Shown here: positions 38,788 through 47,546 of the stretch, one piece after another | How the letters are laid out: every line of letters begins with the position of its first letter | How positions within the stretch are numbered: the stretch's first letter is position 1 | DNA from: a virus | Lineage: Duplodnaviria; Caudoviricetes | Virus record (IMG/VR): IMGVR_UViG_3300020460_000014 | Coordinates: 13,192 to 77,191 of that record | Length of the DNA stretch: 64,000 nt | Strand: one strand, 5' to 3' | Notes under the pieces: model-generated | What the model saw: the letters and a program-made list of their open reading frames with translations, nothing else | The model's database searches: none | Told to the model about the DNA's origin: nothing | Made by a program: the position numbers and the translations under genes

Positions 38788-38795
38788 TATATATC
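38788..38795 (-). promoter_or_regulatory. putative late promoter GATATATA (gp23); representative of about 16 copies
   Basis: Same octamer at 390, 2826, 5738, 21968, 24090, 26801, 29305, 31561, 37219, 40809, 41188, 46521, 47541, 58924, 62123. Confidence 0.75.
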
Positions 38796-38847
38796 TTTTT
38801 ATTTTAGTAAAATATTATCGTATTACTATATAACCTTAATATTAAAC

Positions 38848-38874
38848 AAAAAAAGACAGCCGAAGCTGTCTTTT
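38848..38874 (-). terminator. intrinsic terminator after protease/scaffold gene
   Basis: AAAAGACAGC-TTCG-GCTGTCTTTT with UUCG tetraloop and T-run. Confidence 0.88.
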
Positions 38875-38894
38875 AATAATATTAGAATATTAGA

Positions 38895-40787
38895 TTATTT
38901 TTTAAATCTTTTAGCAATAGATTCTTGAACTCCTTCTAAATTATAAGGAAGTTTATTAGCCTCTACTTCTTTCTTTTCAACAATCATTTCAACTTTTTCC
39001 ATCACTGGAGTAACCTCTCTAAGGTCTCTTGTTTGCCAAAAGTTTCTTACTTGATATTCAGTCTCAACTTTATGCATTTTAGATTGTGCGATTAATTGTT
39101 TCTTTCTAGATTCAGAAAGAGTTTCCCATTTTTCTTTATATTCGTTTGGCATTGCTGCAATAACAAAAAGTTCGTTACTTTCGTTTCCTGCAACTTCATT
39201 AACGTTTTCAATAATTCTAACAATCTGAGCCTCTGTTAAGAATCCAGCCTCTGAAACTTCTTTTCTTACTGAAGTTTTAGCATCTTCGTTAAGAGAGTTA
39301 TATTTTTCAGCAGTTGAATTACCAACTAATTTAAAGAAATGTGGATCGTTATTTTCTTTTGCTTGAGCCTTTTCTAAAAGTGTAGTTAATTTAGAAGAAA
39401 TTTCTGATTTATAAGATTCTAATGGATCATGTGCTCCATCTTCTCCTTCTGCATCCGGTGCCTCATCAGTACCTTCTTCACTTTTTGCCTCTCTGTCTTC
39501 TGAATTATCAACCTCCTCTAAATCAGATTCGATATCTTCGCCAGGAATTCCAGCCTCTTCACCAGATTCTGTAACAACATTCTCTTCAGTTGTATTTTCT
39601 TCAACTGTATTTTCTTCTGTTGTTTCTTCAGTGTTTTCAACTTCTTCAGTAGATTCAACTACTAAATTTTCGTTGATTGACTCTGCAATATAATTAGCAT
39701 ATTCACTTACATTTTGTACGTTATCTTTTAAATAGTTAACATACTCTATAAGTTTTTCATTAGTTTCTGTACCAGTGTTATAAGATTCTGCAATATAATT
39801 AGCGTAATCTTTAAGACTAGCAACTGATTCTGCAACATGCTCTGAATAACTAATACCTTGGTCTAATTTTTCAGCAACGTATTCAGTATATTCAATGTTT
39901 TGATCTGCTTTTTCAGCAACGTATTCTGTATATGAAATAGCCTGATCTGTTTTTTCTGCAACGTACTTAATATATTCAGTAAGTTCGTTTACTTTTTCAA
40001 CAATACTATCATTGTGAGCAGTAACAGTTTCAATCTCTTCATTAGTGTTTTCAGAACCTTCATTAGATTTTTCTGATAAATCAGTAAGAGCCGATTTTAA
40101 TCCTTTTATTTGCTCAGCTAGATATTTTGTGTAGTTGTTGAAATCATCTGTTTTTACAAATTCTTCCATTTTTTGCTCTTTTTTATTTTCTATGTTTATA
40201 TTTGAATTTTCTTCGTTTGTTTTAAATACTTCGTAAATGAATAAACTATCATCATTTGTGAATCCATAAGATTCGTTAACTCTTTTAAGTTCTGCGTTTG
40301 CAAATCCAGGATCTGCTACTAAATCATAAGTAAATAATTGTTTGATTTTTACTTTACCACCTTCTGAAACTTCTCCAGCTGCTCTAGAGCTAATATGTAA
40401 AGGAATGCCAGAATCGACTAATGCTTTAGCCTGTTTACCAGCCTCAGTATCAAGTAATCTAATTTTACCCATTACCTTTTTATTTTCAGAATCATATCTT
40501 AATTCTTCAATAACGTGCGATACATTTTTTAATGAAATATCAAATTGTTGCGGATGATCTAATTCACCTAATAATTTAGATGATGTGATTTTTGCCTGTA
40601 ATGATTCGATTTGTGGAAGATATTCTCCTTCTGTATAGATTCTGTTATTCTTATTTTTAACATCAATCTCTCCAAAGACCCCTTCTAAAACATAGTCGTT
40701 ATCTTCTCCAGTTTGTGTTAAAACTGATGAAGATTTTTCAACTATTAACAAATCATAGTTTACAGGATCGTTAATAAATTTATCCAT
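38895..40787 (-). CDS. gp21: prohead protease fused to scaffold/core protein (gp21+gp22-like)
   Basis: N-terminal 'NKNNRIY','LGELDHP','ISSRAAG','TYDLVADPGFANA'; C-terminal acidic coiled-coil repeats. Confidence 0.88.
   Translation of the reverse strand: MDKFINDPVNYDLLIVEKSSSVLTQTGEDNDYVLEGVFGEIDVKNKNNRIYTEGEYLPQIESLQAKITSSKLLGELDHPQQFDISLKNVSHVIEELRYDSENKKVMGKIRLLDTEAGKQAKALVDSGIPLHISSRAAGEVSEGGKVKIKQLFTYDLVADPGFANAELKRVNESYGFTNDDSLFIYEVFKTNEENSNINIENKKEQKMEEFVKTDDFNNYTKYLAEQIKGLKSALTDLSEKSNEGSENTNEEIETVTAHNDSIVEKVNELTEYIKYVAEKTDQAISYTEYVAEKADQNIEYTEYVAEKLDQGISYSEHVAESVASLKDYANYIAESYNTGTETNEKLIEYVNYLKDNVQNVSEYANYIAESINENLVVESTEEVENTEETTEENTVEENTTEENVVTESGEEAGIPGEDIESDLEEVDNSEDREAKSEEGTDEAPDAEGEDGAHDPLESYKSEISSKLTTLLEKAQAKENNDPHFFKLVGNSTAEKYNSLNEDAKTSVRKEVSEAGFLTEAQIVRIIENVNEVAGNESNELFVIAAMPNEYKEKWETLSESRKKQLIAQSKMHKVETEYQVRNFWQTRDLREVTPVMEKVEMIVEKKEVEANKLPYNLEGVQESIAKRFKK
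39432..39572. repeat. ~140-bp coding block duplicated at 45491-45631
   Basis: Encodes TESGEEAGIPGEDIESDLEEVDNSEDRExKxEEGTDEAPxxEGExGA in both genes. Confidence 0.9.
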
Positions 40788-40835
40788 TTTTAATTTTTTT
40801 GTTTTTTGTATATATCTTTAAATAAATTCTCTTTT

Positions 40836-41180
40836 TTAAATATCTAAGTCTCCTAAAGGATCTTCTTCTCCGCCTTCCTCTTCTTCTTTCTTCTTTTCTT
40901 TCTCCTTCTCAGCCTGCTCTTTATAATATTCTTGGTAATCTTCTTCCATCTGACTCATTGTTTCTACATCAAATTTTGTAGAACCATACTTTTCATAAAA
41001 ATAAGATTTGAATTCTCCTTCAGTAGATGATGCTATAATTTGCCCTAAAATTTCTTGAGCAGGGATAATAGTTCCATCTATTGTTTTTTGATCGCTAACT
41101 TCTACTTTACTATCTTCTCCTGCCTTAATTGAAGAAAGATGCGCTTCGTTTATAAATTCAGTATAAGTTTTTAGTTTCAT
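40836..41180 (-). CDS. prohead core/internal protein with capsid-targeting-like N-terminus
   Basis: MKLKTYTEFINE resembles T4 internal-protein CTS MKTYQEFIAE; between gp20 and gp21; late motif at 41188-41195. Confidence 0.6.
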   Translation of the reverse strand: MKLKTYTEFINEAHLSSIKAGEDSKVEVSDQKTIDGTIIPAQEILGQIIASSTEGEFKSYFYEKYGSTKFDVETMSQMEEDYQEYYKEQAEKEKEKKKEEEEGGEEDPLGDLDI

Positions 41181-41199
41181 AATAAATTATATATCTTTT

Positions 41200-42807
41200 T
41201 TAAAAGTCCATTCCCATGGGATCTTCCTCTTCTGGAGCCTCAGCCTTCTTTTTTTCAGTCTTAGCCTTAGCAGCAGCGTTTGCCGCAATATCGTCAGGAC
41301 TTAATTGCAAATATTTATCTACTAAGAATTCCATGTCGAAGTAATATTCTTCTTCCATAGTTTCTTGATTTGTTGTCATTAAACTATCTCTCATTGTTGA
41401 AACAAAATCAAGTCTTTTCTCCATGATTTCCATATCTTTAAGTGCTGCGAAATCATTATCTTTATTATATCTTAAAGCAACTTGAGTTTTAAATTGAGGA
41501 TCATTTGCAAGGTCTTTATAAGTAATACACATTTGAAGATAAAGAGGTTTTACAAGAAGTTCTTGGAAAGCAGCTCTTAATCTTTTTATAAATTTACTGA
41601 ATTTAATTTCATCTCTAACCATTCCATCTGCCGCTAAATTAAACTCTCCACCATTATCTTCATATAAAAATCTTGAGTAAGGTATTTTAGAAACGTGTTT
41701 AAGTTTATCACTAAAATACTTAAGAGTTTCTGTTTCTGACATATCTGGCCCTGAACTATCTAATGTTTCTATTTCAGGACTATCTCCGTCTTTACTTGGT
41801 AACCAATATTCTTTATTAAATTGTAGCATTGGTTTTCCATCTGTTGACATTGAACCTGATTCCCAATCAAAATCAACAACCTCTTTATATGAATTCATTA
41901 ATTGTGCAAGTGATTGCTTTGCTCTTGTTTTAGATTTACCTCCAACTGGAATAACAAATTTCATTCTATAAGAACTATTGGTCACTGCCCAGATAATTCT
42001 TGTATGTTCCATAATTCTTAATAGGTTAAAAGATCTTGTAAGTCTTTCAACGTAACTAACTCTGGATGCAGTTGTTATTGAAGAGTATGAAAGGTAAATA
42101 ATTTGGGAATCATAAAGAGTTCGCTCTTTTACAGGATCATCTTTAAATTGAGTCCATACTTTTTTACCATCTAATTTATTATATCCAGGAACCAATGTAA
42201 TCGGGTCCAACTCTTTAAAACCTATAATCTCTTTTTGGTCAGGTGAGTAAATAATCTCAAATGCAAGATATCCATCTACTAACCATTTTCTAAAATAATA
42301 CCATGCTGATTGATCTTGATTAAAACCAAATGCATGATAGATTTGTCTAAAATATCTATTAAGATCTTTTTGAATTCCATCAGCAACTTCAACTCCTAAA
42401 ATTTCAGGACTACAAAAGAAATTTTTAGTATCATACACGATAGTTTCATCACATAAAATATCTAAAATATCTTCGATCTCATCATTTATCGAAAATCTTC
42501 TAAGTTCATCTCTTTTAAGTTCATAACTTTGGTCGAAAAAAGGAATATTTTTTCGCATTGTAGTATCTGCCATCGATAAGGCTGCAAATGCAGCATACAT
42601 ATCATCATTATCGACTCCCATTGGATTTATCATTCCATATCCAAATTGGTCTTCGATTGGGCCAATTGCCTGAGATTGTCTAAGAACCATATCATCATAT
42701 CTCATTCCAAATGATGATAAAGTTTTTAGGGTGTCGCTAAGTCTAAAAGGTCTTTTACCTGTGCTCCAAGGTCCGTTCCTTGGATCTTTATTTGCAAAAC
42801 CTGCCAT
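41200..42807 (-). CDS. gp20: portal protein
   Basis: 'RKWLVDG.L.F', 'LRIME..RIIW.VT', 'EYWLP..DG..EIETL', 'Y..DKL', 'RDEIKFSKFI.RLR..F'. Confidence 0.96.
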   Translation of the reverse strand: MAGFANKDPRNGPWSTGKRPFRLSDTLKTLSSFGMRYDDMVLRQSQAIGPIEDQFGYGMINPMGVDNDDMYAAFAALSMADTTMRKNIPFFDQSYELKRDELRRFSINDEIEDILDILCDETIVYDTKNFFCSPEILGVEVADGIQKDLNRYFRQIYHAFGFNQDQSAWYYFRKWLVDGYLAFEIIYSPDQKEIIGFKELDPITLVPGYNKLDGKKVWTQFKDDPVKERTLYDSQIIYLSYSSITTASRVSYVERLTRSFNLLRIMEHTRIIWAVTNSSYRMKFVIPVGGKSKTRAKQSLAQLMNSYKEVVDFDWESGSMSTDGKPMLQFNKEYWLPSKDGDSPEIETLDSSGPDMSETETLKYFSDKLKHVSKIPYSRFLYEDNGGEFNLAADGMVRDEIKFSKFIKRLRAAFQELLVKPLYLQMCITYKDLANDPQFKTQVALRYNKDNDFAALKDMEIMEKRLDFVSTMRDSLMTTNQETMEEEYYFDMEFLVDKYLQLSPDDIAANAAAKAKTEKKKAEAPEEEDPMGMDF

Positions 42808-42849
42808 ATTATTTTAATAAGTTTTTCAATTTATATATTCTTTTAAATT

Positions 42850-43440
42850 CTATCTATTTCTAAACATATACCTTAATTTACCATAAGTGGTTCCGTTAAG
42901 ACTAGCAAAATCACAAAGTACAATCCTAGCCCAATTTTCATAACTAACAACAGCCTGTCCAGATTTTCTAGAAGGTATGTATTGCCTAACAGCAAAATCA
43001 TAACCTCTAGCTTTTAAAAAACCTTTAGCATCTTGCCAATTTATTGAAAGTCTATTTTGCCTAGTAGCGTCATTTTTCATACCACCAACAGATTGCCTTC
43101 CTATTTCAGATTCAAATGTTCTATAAATAGAATCTAACATATCTTCTTTTACCTTTATAGGCAAAAGATTTAAATTTACACCAACGTCGTTATTTTTATC
43201 AGGATCTAAGGCTAAAACAACTGGATTAGCATCATACCATGGAAGCTCCATTGCGTATTTTGGGCTATATCTAAAAACGTATATTTTTCCAGGCTGGAAT
43301 CTTTGGCCAGTAGATTGTATGCTTTTTTCACTGATAGTTTTTTTGCCATTTTGGTACCATTCTTCAGCGGCTCTTCTTGCCCTAGTTTTACCATTTGACT
43401 CTTTAATTAACGCATTTATATCTTTTCTAACCTTTCCCAT
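42850..43440 (-). CDS. gp2: DNA end protector protein
   Basis: 'PGKIYVFRY.PK...LPWYD.NP.V', 'GVNLNLLP', 'AVRQY'. Confidence 0.8.
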   Translation of the reverse strand: MGKVRKDINALIKESNGKTRARRAAEEWYQNGKKTISEKSIQSTGQRFQPGKIYVFRYSPKYAMELPWYDANPVVLALDPDKNNDVGVNLNLLPIKVKEDMLDSIYRTFESEIGRQSVGGMKNDATRQNRLSINWQDAKGFLKARGYDFAVRQYIPSRKSGQAVVSYENWARIVLCDFASLNGTTYGKLRYMFRNR

Positions 43441-43913
43441 TATTTAAGACTTTTTTCTGTCATAACAACGAATCTAAATCCTCTTGATTCTGCCCATTCC
43501 TTTGCATATCTATATTTATCCCTATTTTTAATGAACTGCTCAGCAAGAAATTTATAATTTTTTAAGGCCTGCTTACTATTTTTTGTAGGAGGCTCTGGTT
43601 TTTGTAAATGGCTACTTGGTTTTATTTCAACAAGACTTTCTTCAAATCCTGTTTCTTTTTTAACTTTAATATAAAAATCTGGAAAATAAGAATGTTCTTT
43701 ATTGTCAAGAGAACTCCAATATTTTATTTCAACAGGCTCGCTGGCCCATTTTACAATATCTTCTCTATTATCACACATTTTCATAAACTTCAATTCCCAA
43801 GAACTTCTATAAATAATTGGTGGCTTTCCAGCATATTTACTTGGATAAACAGGGTTATAATATCCTTGATTAAATCCAGAATTATTAGTTGGCTTAACAT
43901 TTTTTATTGACAT
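43440..43913 (-). CDS. gp4: head completion nuclease (TnsA-like)
   Basis: 'YRSSWELKFM..CD', 'W.SEP..I.Y', 'YFPDF', 'VEIKP', 'F..MTE'. Confidence 0.92.
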   Translation of the reverse strand: MSIKNVKPTNNSGFNQGYYNPVYPSKYAGKPPIIYRSSWELKFMKMCDNREDIVKWASEPVEIKYWSSLDNKEHSYFPDFYIKVKKETGFEESLVEIKPSSHLQKPEPPTKNSKQALKNYKFLAEQFIKNRDKYRYAKEWAESRGFRFVVMTEKSLK

Positions 43914-44509
43914 TTTTCTATAAATTTATCAATATTTTTAGAAAATAATAAATCTGAATATTCCTCTAATTTATTATCTGGCCAATCCCACCATTTTATT
44001 TCTAAAAGTTTATCTATTGTTTTATCATCAAATCTTTTACGAATAAGTTTTGCTGGTATACCACCAACAATCGAATAGGGTTCCACATCTTTAGTAATTA
44101 CACTTCCAGCGGCAACAACACATCCTGTCCCTAAAGTTACTCCACTCATCACTTTACAATCTTGTCCTATCCAAACATCATTTCCTATTGTAATATCTCC
44201 ATTAGTTATTAATCCCTCAGAATCTCTTTTTTTAAATGGATTAAGGTATGTTGTTACCCTTTTCCAATCATGATTTCCTCCTAAAAAGAATTGACAACCT
44301 TCTGCTATAGAAATAAATCTGCCAAAATGTACTTTATTAGTATAATATTGTTCTTGCTCTGTTAATACTTTTGGATTATTATAATTAGTTTCTTCTATTG
44401 TAGTTATTCTAACTCTTATCGCATTATCCCCTCTAGAATAAGTCACTAAAGAAGATTTATCCCCAGAGATATGCTTTATAAATTCTTTTTTTAAATCTAA
44501 AAATATCAT
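43904..44509 (-). CDS. CatB/Vat-family hexapeptide O-acetyltransferase
   Basis: 'GGNHD', 'GDITIGNDVWIG', 'VVAAGSVITKDVEPYSIVGGIPAKLIRKRF', 'IKWWDW'. Confidence 0.9.
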   Translation of the reverse strand: MIFLDLKKEFIKHISGDKSSLVTYSRGDNAIRVRITTIEETNYNNPKVLTEQEQYYTNKVHFGRFISIAEGCQFFLGGNHDWKRVTTYLNPFKKRDSEGLITNGDITIGNDVWIGQDCKVMSGVTLGTGCVVAAGSVITKDVEPYSIVGGIPAKLIRKRFDDKTIDKLLEIKWWDWPDNKLEEYSDLLFSKNIDKFIEKCQ

Positions 44510-44518
44510 TTTTTAGTT

Positions 44519-44905
44519 TTATATGTTAAACATTCCTCCGCCGTCTCCGTCGTCTGAATTTTTTGAATTTATTCTATCTATTGAAAGGGTTCCTTTATAT
44601 TTTTGGGGATGTATTTTATTCCATCCTTTTGCATAACCTCGCTTTGCTATTTCTGTAAAATATGCAAAAGCATTTGTATATTTTGGATTGAAATTTCTCC
44701 AATATTTTAAAAGATCTAAAAGAGCAAATTGCAAACAATCTTTTCTGTCGTCTTCGTTTACATATGTTAATTTATTAATAGCCCTTTCAGCCAATAATTG
44801 TAGCATTTTTTCAGCATCTTTTGTTAGAGAATCCTGTTCTTTTGATAAAACAATTTGATCATAAAGATCTCTATTGTTCAGATAATTCTTAGATTTTCTT
44901 GGCAT
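44519..44905 (-). CDS. gp55: late-transcription sigma factor (gp55-like, short)
   Basis: 'NYLNNRDL', 'WRNFNP...NAFAYFTEIAK'. Confidence 0.8.
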   Translation of the reverse strand: MPRKSKNYLNNRDLYDQIVLSKEQDSLTKDAEKMLQLLAERAINKLTYVNEDDRKDCLQFALLDLLKYWRNFNPKYTNAFAYFTEIAKRGYAKGWNKIHPQKYKGTLSIDRINSKNSDDGDGGGMFNI

Positions 44906-44920
44906 ATTTTCATCTTTACT

Positions 44921-44949
44921 ATTATATAAAAAAAAGGCTAAATGTTTCC
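44921..44949 (-). promoter_or_regulatory. AAAC-N17-TATAAT class promoter (gp55)
   Basis: GGAAAC-17 nt-TATAAT. Confidence 0.7.
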
Positions 44950-44961
44950 ACTTAGCCTTTT
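44927..44961 (-). terminator. intrinsic terminator overlapping an AAAC-N17-TATAAT promoter
   Basis: AAAAGGCTAA-GTGGAAACAT-TTAGCCTTTT then T-run. Confidence 0.75.
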
Positions 44962-44989
44962 AATATTGTTTTAGTTTATATAAAATATC

Positions 44990-46498
44990 TTATACAGTCT
45001 CTCCGTCTGCTAACAAGATTTCTCTTTTAGTAACTTTTATTGGACTTTCTCCGATAAAAACGGTAACTGATTCGTCTTTAGCAGATGAAGCGTATGCTTC
45101 AGCGTCTACTTGAACTTCAGTTCCTTCGGCAAAATCACCAACTGCATATTTAAGAATTCCAGGAACGTAACCATCTTGTCTATCAACTATATCTTCGTTA
45201 GTTTCTTCAACTTCTTCGTTAGTTGTTTCAACTTCTTCAGTAGTTTCTTCAACTTCTTCGTTAGTTGTTTCAACTGATTCGTTATTTCCTTCTATTTCTT
45301 CTTGATTTTCTTCAGCCTTTTCAGGTTCTCCTTCTGCGTTAAGTTCGTCTTCGATTTCTTTAGCTCTATCTTCGTTAGTTTCTTCAACTTCTTCATTAGT
45401 AACTTCGTCAGACTCTTCAACTTCTTCGCCATAGGCTTTTTTCATAAGTTCGTCTTCGATTTCTTTAGCTCTATCTTCAACAACAACTTTTGCGCCTTCT
45501 TCGCCTTCATCGCTTGGAGCCTCATCAGTACCTTCTTCGCCTTTTGTCTCTCTATCTTCTGAATTATCAACCTCTTCTAAATCAGATTCGATATCTTCAC
45601 CAGGAATTCCAGCCTCCTCGCCAGATTCTGTGATTTCAGTTTCAGTTTCTTCAACTTCATTTGATTCACTTGAACATTCACAAGGATCTTCACCGCATGC
45701 ATCGCAAGCTTCTGTTAAATCTTCACCATTTTTAATAGTTTCAATTTCTTCTTCAAGTCTTTTAATTTCACTATTAATTAAAGTATCAGCCTCTTTGATT
45801 TCAGCAATTGACTTATCAGCCTCTGCGATAATTCCTCTTTGATCTTTTAGGAAAGCAATCATCTCTTCTAATAAATTTACTTTTGCTAATTTTTCAGCAG
45901 CCTTAATTCTTTCTCCTTCAAGAAGTTCAGCAGTCATTTCAGTAATTTCATGACCAGTTTGTTCTAAAACATAATCGAATGCTTCATTAGCGTTTAATTT
46001 ACTAAATCTATAAATTCTATTTGCTTCATTCATTCTATAAATATAGAAGTCTTCGTTAAGTTTCATTATATAACATTTAATATCGCCTTCTTCAATTTTT
46101 TGAGCGAAATCAAGTGTAACATAACTTGAATGATTTTTTGCAGCATATTCAAAAAGTTGAATTTTTGATTTTAAACTGTAATTAACTAAGCCAGTTGCTA
46201 ATAAATGATTTGAAAAACTTTCTGAAAGAACCTCAGAGTTGTTTATAAAAAACTTTTCAGATAAAGCATCATATATTAGTTTAGTAGTTCCATGATACCA
46301 TATAACTCCTTCATTAGTAATTTTAAAATTATTATTTGCTAAAACTAGGCTTCTAAATTCACCAGGTGCAGATGTTATTTCTGCTTCAGTAATTTCATTT
46401 TCATTAACTAAAAATGCCTTACCGTCTAGAGCAACATAAGAGTCTCCACTCTCTGTTACATAAATAGGTGAAATAATTCCTTTTGTAACTTTTGCCAT
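44990..46498 (-). CDS. highly acidic late protein, probable prohead core component
   Basis: 502 aa, TNEE/ETTE repeats, shares a 47-aa block with gp21/22; late motif at 46521-46528. Confidence 0.6.
   Translation of the reverse strand: MAKVTKGIISPIYVTESGDSYVALDGKAFLVNENEITEAEITSAPGEFRSLVLANNNFKITNEGVIWYHGTTKLIYDALSEKFFINNSEVLSESFSNHLLATGLVNYSLKSKIQLFEYAAKNHSSYVTLDFAQKIEEGDIKCYIMKLNEDFYIYRMNEANRIYRFSKLNANEAFDYVLEQTGHEITEMTAELLEGERIKAAEKLAKVNLLEEMIAFLKDQRGIIAEADKSIAEIKEADTLINSEIKRLEEEIETIKNGEDLTEACDACGEDPCECSSESNEVEETETEITESGEEAGIPGEDIESDLEEVDNSEDRETKGEEGTDEAPSDEGEEGAKVVVEDRAKEIEDELMKKAYGEEVEESDEVTNEEVEETNEDRAKEIEDELNAEGEPEKAEENQEEIEGNNESVETTNEEVEETTEEVETTNEEVEETNEDIVDRQDGYVPGILKYAVGDFAEGTEVQVDAEAYASSAKDESVTVFIGESPIKVTKREILLADGETV
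45194..45478. repeat. coding tandem repeats (about 21-bp period) and a 33-bp exact duplication
   Basis: TTCTTCGTTAGTTGTTTCAAC-type units at 45194-45275; AAGTTCGTCTTCGATTTCTTTAGCTCTATCTTC at 45341-45373 and 45446-45478. Confidence 0.8.
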
Positions 46499-46540
46499 TT
46501 TATTAATTTTTATTTTTAATTATATATCTATTAAATTTTT

Positions 46541-47314
46541 CTAACTATCTAAACCGTAATTAAGAGAGTCCGTTGCGTTTTTATTATCTGTAACATTATT
46601 GTCTATATTGAACATTCTATTGCCTAAATGCCTTTCAGTTGAAAAGTCTATTGAAGGCATAAATGAATTAACCTCTATTGAAAAAGTTAACTTATATTGT
46701 CCTTTGTCATCAAAACTATATTCAATAGGATTTTCATTTCCATAATCATCAGGCATTGCATAATAACATGCTATCCTATATAACCCTTCTTGCAAGTGAC
46801 CAACTTCTACATTATATTGATTTGATTTATATAATTTTTTAATAAGTTGTTCCGTGCACTTAAATATATCTAATAAGTTTGATAGTATAATTTCAACATC
46901 AACCGATATTGTTATTGGTATCATCTCAAATTCTGCTCTATAGCCTCCTAAAGTTCCATTGTCTACCATTTTTTGATAGACTCCATTATTTCTTTTATTA
47001 ATTAATTTTGAAGGATCCACTGTCATTGATGATAAATTAACAACTCCTCTTGGAACTTTATCATAATTTCCATCTGCCTTTTCAGGTTCTGATGAACATT
47101 CTAAACCATTTGCTGTAGAAAAAAGAAAATGATCTCTTAAAAAGTTATCATCTCCAGTAACCGAATAATAAAAAGGAACGTCTATTTCAGCTCTAGTATC
47201 ATTATCGACCTGTCTATAAAAACTAACATTTTTATTTAGATCGGCTAATAAACCAACTATAACATGTCTAATAACACTGTCGTCTTTATTAAATTTTAAA
47301 TTATAAGTGGCCAT
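46541..47314 (-). CDS. gp15: tail terminator / sheath stabiliser
   Basis: 'IRHVIVGLL..L', 'IDVPFYY', 'VPRG' pattern of gp15 family. Confidence 0.7.
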   Translation of the reverse strand: MATYNLKFNKDDSVIRHVIVGLLADLNKNVSFYRQVDNDTRAEIDVPFYYSVTGDDNFLRDHFLFSTANGLECSSEPEKADGNYDKVPRGVVNLSSMTVDPSKLINKRNNGVYQKMVDNGTLGGYRAEFEMIPITISVDVEIILSNLLDIFKCTEQLIKKLYKSNQYNVEVGHLQEGLYRIACYYAMPDDYGNENPIEYSFDDKGQYKLTFSIEVNSFMPSIDFSTERHLGNRMFNIDNNVTDNKNATDSLNYGLDS

Positions 47315-47317
47315 TAA

Positions 47318-47536
47318 TTATCTACATTTTACAGAAGGAACAGACTTGGACATTTGGTTAATTAATAATCCTAAAAGCGAGTCAACGTCTTCTTCGTCAA
47401 CATCTAAACTGTCTAATTTGTTTAAAATATCTCCTTCTATGTTTCTTATTTCATCTTTATATTTGTAAAGTAAATGACTATCCATAGTCTTTTCATTTAA
47501 ATTTACAAATTCTTCGAATAGTTTAATATGTTTCAT
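47318..47536 (-). CDS. small putative internal head protein
   Basis: MKHIKLFEEFVN N-terminus; late motif at 47541-47548. Confidence 0.55.
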   Translation of the reverse strand: MKHIKLFEEFVNLNEKTMDSHLLYKYKDEIRNIEGDILNKLDSLDVDEEDVDSLLGLLINQMSKSVPSVKCR

Positions 47537-47546
47537 CTATTATATA

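Noticed and set aside
43904-44509. Calling the acetyltransferase an antibiotic-resistance gene (catB/vat)
   Set aside because: Family motifs alone do not define the substrate; no gene symbol assigned.
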